A DNA stretch of 64,000 nucleotides, from the NCBI GenBank assembly GCA_964016885.1, contig OZ024745.1, forward strand, positions 119,350,001-119,414,000. The letters are read 5' to 3'. Position numbers and translations under genes: made by a program. The first letter of the stretch is position 1. Every line of letters begins with the position of its first letter. This stretch comes from Eledone cirrhosa. Taxonomy: Eukaryota. The notes beneath the pieces are model-generated. The model was not told where the DNA came from. It saw only the letters and a program-made list of their open reading frames with translations, and ran no database searches. Shown here one piece after another: positions 56,770-64,000 of the stretch.

Positions 56770-59760
56770 TTATTCAAAATATTAATAAATGAAGACGTTC
56801 ACATAATCAAAATATATGTTTTATTATATATATTTCGGAGGTACTGTGCTGTTTCTTTCAGTACGTCCTCATCAGATAAAATACATGGATTGATGCATGA
56901 CATACCTCAACTGTCTTGATGGTTCAATTCCAGTATTGGCAGTGATTTATTACAACAAATTTCAATATTTATATACCACAAATAAAAACATGATGAACTT
57001 AAAATGATGAAGAAGAGGATATGGAGCGAGATATAAGTATAAGGGGGGGGGGGAGTATGAGAAAATGCAAGAAGAAATAAATAAACACATACATACATAA
57101 ATATTTAAATGCGTAAATATCCGTGTTAGGGAAGAAAAAGAAAAAGAGAGAGAGAGATAGGTAGAAGAGAAGAAAGAAGAGAAGAGAAAAGAAGGAGAGA
57201 GAGAGAAGAGGAAAGACGTAACTGCAAAAAGGAAAGAAAGAAAGAAAGAAGGAAGAAAGAGACATGATGCGTGACCGTTGTTTTAAGTCAAATAGAAGCG
57301 ACCAATAAAGATAACATGACATTTTTTTAAATATCATGGTATTATACTAATATATTATACTAACATATTATATCAAAATTAAACAATATAAAAATATTTT
57401 CTATAATAATTAGAAGCATAGTTTAATTAATATATATATTAAATATTTTGTTACAAAATTCAAAATCATGTTTATCTATAAAGCAAGTTTACATACCTAT
57501 TAAATATGTATAAGGATATTTACCATAACTTAAGCGCATATCACCATTAGTATATGCATTTTATATAATATTTAGAATTATTATCTGAATTATTCTTTTT
57601 TCAATATAAAAACAGTTCAATTTATTAGTTGTCATTTACTTACAGGATTAATAAGTAGTTATATTTACTCTTAAAAGTAATATTATTTCGATTTTACTTC
57701 TGTAACTACATCTTAATATATGTAGTTTCCCTTTAAGGAGTTTTCGTATATTATTAAACTGTATAAATCATGTTAAATCTACATTATTAATCTATTTGGA
57801 CAGAACGAAAATTATTTACGAAGAATGTAAACAAAGGAAGATAATCCGTACAACTTATGTGATCATTTATATTATCTAAGTGCTTTGAAAGCCAAAAGAT
57901 ATTTCAAACTGCAAATTCAGAAATTTCTAGTTATACAATGACCATTCTAAATCCGAACTTAGGATACTGAGTCACATCATGAGATTAATTTACTATATAA
58001 AAACGATATACAATTTTTAAGGTAAGGCAAAACATTATATATAATAATAATAATATTTCAAGAATTATTAATAATAGTCAATATTTTTTTCTTATTAGTG
58101 AGTATTTTTTTCTAAATGTGTATAATGCTTCAAATGTCTTTCCAGAATTATGTAGACAAGTTCCAAATAACTCATTTTTTTTATTAATTAAATAACCATA
58201 ATTGGTAATTATTAATAGAGTTTCTAAATTGCAAAGATTGTAGTTTGGCGAAATGGAAGCGTTCCGATAGGAATCGGAGTCCTTAAGTTTATAACAAAGA
58301 AATTAAGTATTTAATATTTTTCTCTTTTAAAGACTATATTAATTGTGATAATGAAGTAGAACATTTTTTAACTGGATTTGAGAAAGAATATATATGATTG
58401 GAAAAGCGAAATTTAAAGTTTGATGAAGTGGCACCTTTGCCTTTCATCCTTGCGGGGTCGATAAAATAAAGTACCAGTAATGCACTGGGTAATTGCTGGC
58501 CTTGTGCCTAAAGTAGAAACAATTATTATTTGTCTTAATGGTACATTTATAATCTAAATTCTTATCAAGGCAATTATTTTGTAAAGGGCATTCAGATCTC
58601 CTTCTACAGTTACAGTTCAATTCCCTGTTATTTCTATAACCTAAACTATTCGTATTATCTTTGTTATTATTTCTAGGTGTTCTACTATTATTCGTATTTA
58701 AACTATTGTTATTGTTATTCACATTAACTAATGTATTATTATCATTATTATTATTATTATTATTATCGCTAATTATATGCTGGTTCAAATTAAGAATTTT
58801 GCTATTCATTTTTGCAATATTTTGAGCAATATTCATAGTTGTTCAATAAGAGAGTTTAACTGTGTGTCTATTGAAGATAGGGTAATACTTATGTGATCTG
58901 GGGAAACATTTATCCAAGGCTTTAAAAAATAAATGTGCTAAAGGTGTTTTAATAGCTAAAGATGCTGGTGGGGCATACCAAATTATAGATCTAGTCCTAA
59001 TTTTTTCCCCCGATTTATTCCCCAAGTTATTTTTACAGTCATTTTTATTTTTATTATTATTATGATGAATATTGTGTTTATAATTAATATTATTTTTTTC
59101 TACATATTCAATATTATTTTTATATCCTACTTTATGTAACACTTCATTATAATATCCAGCTTTACTATTAAAAATGGATCTGTTAGCAGATAGTCTGGAT
59201 ATTCGTTGTTGGACACAATTGACTATTGCATTTTTAACACTTTTAGGATGATTAGAGTAAAAACTAAAATGTTTTTGAATTTTGTAACAAAATATTTAAT
59301 ATATATCTTAATTAAACTATGCCTTTGATTATTATAGAAAATATTTTTATATTGTTTAATTTTGATAAAATATTTTAGTATAATTAGCTTAAACATAACC
59401 AAATACAAAAGATATTAAAACAATTTCATGGTATTTAATTGGTCGCTTCTATTTGACTTAATATTTGAAAACAACGGTCACGCATCATGTCTCTTTCTTC
59501 CTTCTTTCTTTCTTTCTTTCTTTCCTTTTTTGCAGTTACGTCTTTCCTCTTCTCTCTGCTATCTCTCTCTCTCTCTCCTTCTTTTCTCTTCTCTTCTTTC
59601 TTCTCCTTTCTTCTCTTTTACCTATCTCTCTCTTTCTTTTTCTTCCCTAACACGGATTTTTACGCATTTAAATATTTATGTATGTGTTTATTTATTTCTT
59701 CTTGCATTTTCTCATTCTCAACCCCTCCTTATACTTATATCTCGCTCCACATTTTGCTTA
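56770..59760 (-). mobile_element. Penelope-like element remnant (Naiad-like), 5'-truncated, with inverted terminal segment (57022-57465 vs 59273-59749)
   Basis: IIWYAPP, IFNRHTVKLSY, CNCRRRSECPLQNNC (CxCx5Cx5C), broken GIY-YIG region and terminal CLH. SINE fragment inserted at 58435-58530; HHR near the 3' end. Confidence 0.88.
56819..56883 (-). ncRNA. Type I hammerhead ribozyme motif (AUA site) at PLE 3' end
   Basis: uuuuau-CUGAUGA-ggacguacug aaagaaacagca caguaccucc-GAAA-uauaua-UA|auaaaa. Core intact; stem II is 9/10 paired. Confidence 0.8.
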
Positions 59761-59831
59761 TCATGTATGTATATATGTATATGTCTCTGTATACAGCGAG
59801 AGTGAGCTATTGTTGTTGTCGTGATATGTGA

Positions 59832-59897
<66 letters not shown>

Positions 59898-60899
59898 AGG
59901 TATGTGTGTGTGTGTGTGGGTGTAGGTATGTGTGTGTATGTTTGTGTGTGTCTATGACCTGTGAATATAGATCACAGACAGCCATATATATATATATATA
60001 CACACATATATATATACATACACATACATATATAAATATGTAAACACACACATTTATATATATACATACAAACACGTATATATATGGGCCTTCCCGTTTC
60101 ATTTTACATTATATATATGTCTGTGTATATTTTAATTATTTTAAAATTATTTTTAAGTGAACATGATTTTTAAAAATATTTTGAAGCGAACTTGACCCAA
60201 CTAGTATACTGCTAAACTTAACAGAAGGACACCACTTTGTAGAGTTGCGCTATAATCAATTGTATCAATTCCAGCATATAACAGGTTTTTATATTATCTA
60301 TATCATTGAGGTTGGAGAAATGAATGTCTGATGCATCCCGATGGATTTGAACACTGAAAGTATAGTGACATATGTGGATAACACACTCCTGTGTCTGAAT
60401 TTGCAAACACTCACACAAAAAGTATAGTGACATATGTGAATAGAATATATGTGTGTCTGAGTGTGCATACATGCGCATCTATATAAGAATCATGTTAAAA
60501 GATGAGGTAGATGTACAGGAACCATAACATCCAGTTATGTTTCATATGACATAGCTAATAATAGTTACGATTGTTACTTTGTTACAATCTATGTAACCTT
60601 TTTCAAACGTTTAATTACTATACAAAAAAGATTTCTATATTTTTTATTTCTGTTATTCATTTACTCCTAAGAAATGAAAGATTTCATTGAGCCTAGCTAA
60701 CAATAACTTCTCATAAACTTTAACACTGATTCCGCAGCTTTTTAACTGAAAACGAGCCAAAATCTGTTTATAGTGCCTGCTGTAATGATGCTTCGTACAG
60801 ATAGGACAATAATACATGTCAAACGTGACACAGTTTATTATACTCGCTACAAAAACAAATGTGCAATAGAGATGGGAGATTGTAACACATCATATGACT

Positions 60900-63750
60900 A
60901 ATTCGCTGTTTAATTCAGCCTACTAGTATTCATCCCTTCAAATGTTGCCGGCATAACGTTTTTCAACTAGGTATATTTACCATTACACTTGCAGTAGTTG
61001 ATGACGACAAGGAACCAAACGCTACTTAGCTGCTTTTGTTATGCAAGATATTACTGGTAAATTAGTAAAGGGTTAACTAAAATACTCACAGAATCCATTG
61101 GTTTTGTGGCAAATGGAAGGGAATAGACTACATCTGTATTTGGGATTTGATCTGGGGACACGCAAGGTGTTTGACACTGAGCACAAGCTTTTGTTTATGG
61201 ACTTATTTCCAAAACTTAAGAGTGAATTGAAATCCAAACTGAGCCCAGCAGTCCCCAAACTAAACCACGGTCTCCAATCATTAGGAAAAACCCAGATCTG
61301 CAACAAAATCTATCTGAGTACCTTAATAATGCTCTGAATGGGGGTGAATAGTACTAGTTTGGATGGACTGAATAAAATGATAACGTATTGAGTGAGAACA
61401 GGTCTTGAGGAGTTATGCCCCAAAATTGAACACGTTAAAAAAAAGGAACCATGGGAATATGAATAACTGTATGATCTTGTGAAAGGATTGAGGCCAGCAA
61501 ATAATCCTATAGTATTAAGAAGCTAACAACAACATTAAAGAAACATTAAAAGAATTGATAAATAGCTACTACTCTGAACTTGATGACACCGTCAAACCTG
61601 TAACTATGGTGAGAGAAATGTTAAAAGAGTTTACAATAGCAAACTATTATATCACAATAAAAAAAGTTCCAAACTATTCATTTCAAATTATGAACTAAGA
61701 GATCATTTCAAAGAACATTTTGCCTTACGTGTACCGCAGCTGGAAATACCACCAACTAGATCTAGCTCAACCACAGATATTTGGCCTTATGTACCGCAGC
61801 TGGAAATACCACCAACTAGATCTAGCTCAACCACAGATATTTGGCCTTACGTGTACCGGAGCTGGAAATACCACCAACTAGATCTAGCTCAACCACAGAT
61901 ATTTGGCCTTACGTGTACCGCAGCTGGAAATACCACCAACCAGATCTAGCGCAACCACAGACATTTGGCCTTACGTGTACCGCAGTTGGAAATACCACCA
62001 ACCAGATGTAGCTCAACCACTGACATTTTGCTTTACGTATACCGCTGTTGGAAATACCACCAACCAGATCTAGCTCAACCACAGACATTTTGCCTTACGT
62101 GTACCGCAGCTGGAAATACCACCAACCAGATCTAGCTCAACCACAGACATTTTGCTTAACGTGTACCGCAGCTGGAAATACCACCAACCAGATCTAGTTC
62201 AAACACAGACATTTTGCCTTACGTGTACCGCAGCTGGAAATACCACCAACTATATCTAGCTCAACCACATAATGTCACACATTTAAAGGATATTAAAGTT
62301 ACTTTGAATGATGATCTACCAATAGGAGACGAGATGGCGTATGTCTTGAAAACATCCATAAAACAACAAAAGTGCTAGGACAGACAAGCTGAAGCCTGAA
62401 AGCTTGAAATATAATTGAAGTAAGAAACTCAATCTTGTGCTTCTCGTGCCATTTAATTTGACCTGATCGTTTGTGACGGCACCACATTCATCGCCATATG
62501 TCAGCATAATGTGTTTGATTACGTAGGGTCCGTTCAGCATTGAACGGAATTACCGTGGGTTGTCAAACGGAACCAACATGAATCAGTTACTAGCAAAAAT
62601 TGTCATGATACGATAAATAAGGTTTAAAAAACAAGCCCAAATGACTCCCAGTTTAGTAATTTGAGCTGAGAAGGAATCGATCAACAACTGGTGCTATATT
62701 TGTGCTAATATCTCGTATCGACAAATACAATAATACTTTAATTGCTTTGTATATTGATATAAGTGCTGCATACTATCACATTACTTGGAATATTCTTTTC
62801 AAAGTCTTACACTTGAGAATAGGTGGCAGATTCAATTCCGGGAATCAAAGAGAGGCTCTAATTATTGGTCGGTTACAGACAAGGAGGTCAAATGTCACCA
62901 TACATATTAAATATCTATTTTGATTATTTTTTGAAGATGGCTGCATGTGAGATTGATAAACACTTTCTAGATAGCTGGGGCATCGAATTCTAATTTAATG
63001 TCCCACAATTCTACACAAACAGAAAACAGTGGAAAAGTAGCAGACTAAATGGTGTACAGATAGTCAAATGAATTCTCTATGTCAATCTCGTACTACACTG
63101 AAGGGAGCAAGAGCATGAATATATTAAATGATACATGCTGACGCTTTGGACACACTCTCTGTTATTCAAAGACAATGACCCGGGTTTACAAAAATAAAGA
63201 ACTGGCGAACTACCTTCATTGATTTCAATCGAGGAAAATGCAATGAATAATGCATCAGAGTTCACATATGTTGCTCAAACCTTCAGCAATAAAAAACAAG
63301 GCGCTTTTACAGAGCTCAGTGTATGAAAAGCAATAAGGATGGTCAATAAAATGAAACAAGTGTTCACTAACCAGAAAGCGAACATGACAATAAGTACAAA
63401 GCTAATGGGGACAGGTGTTTGATCTCACCTATTATATATAAATGAAGAATGTCAGGAAGTCGGACATTTGTTGGGTGGAGTTGATGAGGCAAATATTTAA
63501 TGGTGGCTTGAGTAGACTCCCAACTCCTAAATACGCAAAGGAGACAGAATGAGTCCGGCATATGAACACAGCTAACCTGCATATAACAAACAACAGTCAC
63601 AGACATGTGATGAAAAGTCAATACCTAAAATATATCGGTCATGTGTGTCGTTGAGGAAACACTATAATTGTGAAGTCGAAGCAGCCATACCAATGAGCTC
63701 CTTGGATTATCACCAGTGAAGATGAGTTTCGCTGTATTGATTGAGCGACA
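60900..63750 (+). pseudogene. Heavily decayed LINE (end of APE endonuclease through RT)
   Basis: FDTEHKLLFMD (SDH-like motif, ~61170), NYRGLS (~62550) and ALYIDISAAY.HI.W..LFKVL (~62745); many stops. Boundaries are uncertain. Confidence 0.6.
61716..62268. repeat. Minisatellite, ~61-bp unit x9, expanded inside the LINE
   Basis: CATTTTGCCTTACGTGTACCGCAGCTGGAAATACCACCAAC(C/T)AGATCTAGCTCAACCACAGA; no unique spacers. Confidence 0.97.
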
Positions 63751-64000
63751 ATCCAACAATGCAACAACGTGGGTTGCTGCATTGGGGGAATATACACATA
63801 CAAGTGCAGCTTAATGATTAGGCTAAATATAAAAATATGTATTAATATCAAGGCTATATTTTCTTCATTGAGAGTCTTAAAATTTAATACAGATGTATAG
63901 AGAACAAAATATAGAAGTGCTATATGTCTGGCTTGAAGTTATGTTGTAAATTAAGAATTCTGGAATTAATTAAAATATTCGACAATGTTGATGTTAGTTC

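Noticed and set aside
58843-58845. In-frame TGA joining two PLE ORFs as selenocysteine (some Naiad PLEs encode selenoproteins)
   Set aside because: The paralogous element at ~39950 has Ser (TCT) at this position, so TCA>TGA decay is simpler. The zinc-finger Cys codons are TGT/TGC, the element has other lesions, and no SECIS was identified.
61716-62268. CRISPR-like array (also considered for 29789-30129 and 33565-33708)
   Set aside because: Units are contiguous tandem repeats with no unique spacers, there are no cas genes, and the context is eukaryotic.

Overview
Very AT-rich, repeat-saturated animal DNA, probably intronic or intergenic. A coleoid cephalopod such as Octopus is inferred from the SINE families and the microsatellite density; this was not verified. 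No intact host protein-coding gene is recognisable, and most listed ORFs are translations of (TA)n/(CA)n/(GA)n/(TACA)n/(TCTA)n tracts. The window holds about 30 full or partial copies of one tRNA-headed SINE (two length subfamilies) and one copy of a second SINE. It also holds decayed LINEs (RTE-type, CR1/L2-type, Tx1-type, CRE-type), four Penelope-like element (PLE) remnants with RT and/or GIY-YIG, several MITEs, one non-autonomous Helitron and three minisatellites. The main unexplained structure is a set of short non-coding units embedded in (TA)n arrays. Many are fold-back palindromes, and many carry minimal type I hammerhead ribozyme (HHR) motifs: about six with intact cores plus further decayed ones, from several unrelated sequence families. 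Two coding PLE remnants show the same architecture (inverted terminal segment, HHR, microsatellite flanks), so these units are most likely PLE-mobilised ribozyme-bearing elements. One high-copy family is a hairpin that carries only half of a hammerhead on each strand. Coordinates were read by eye and are good to a few bases; all RNA folds were paired manually.
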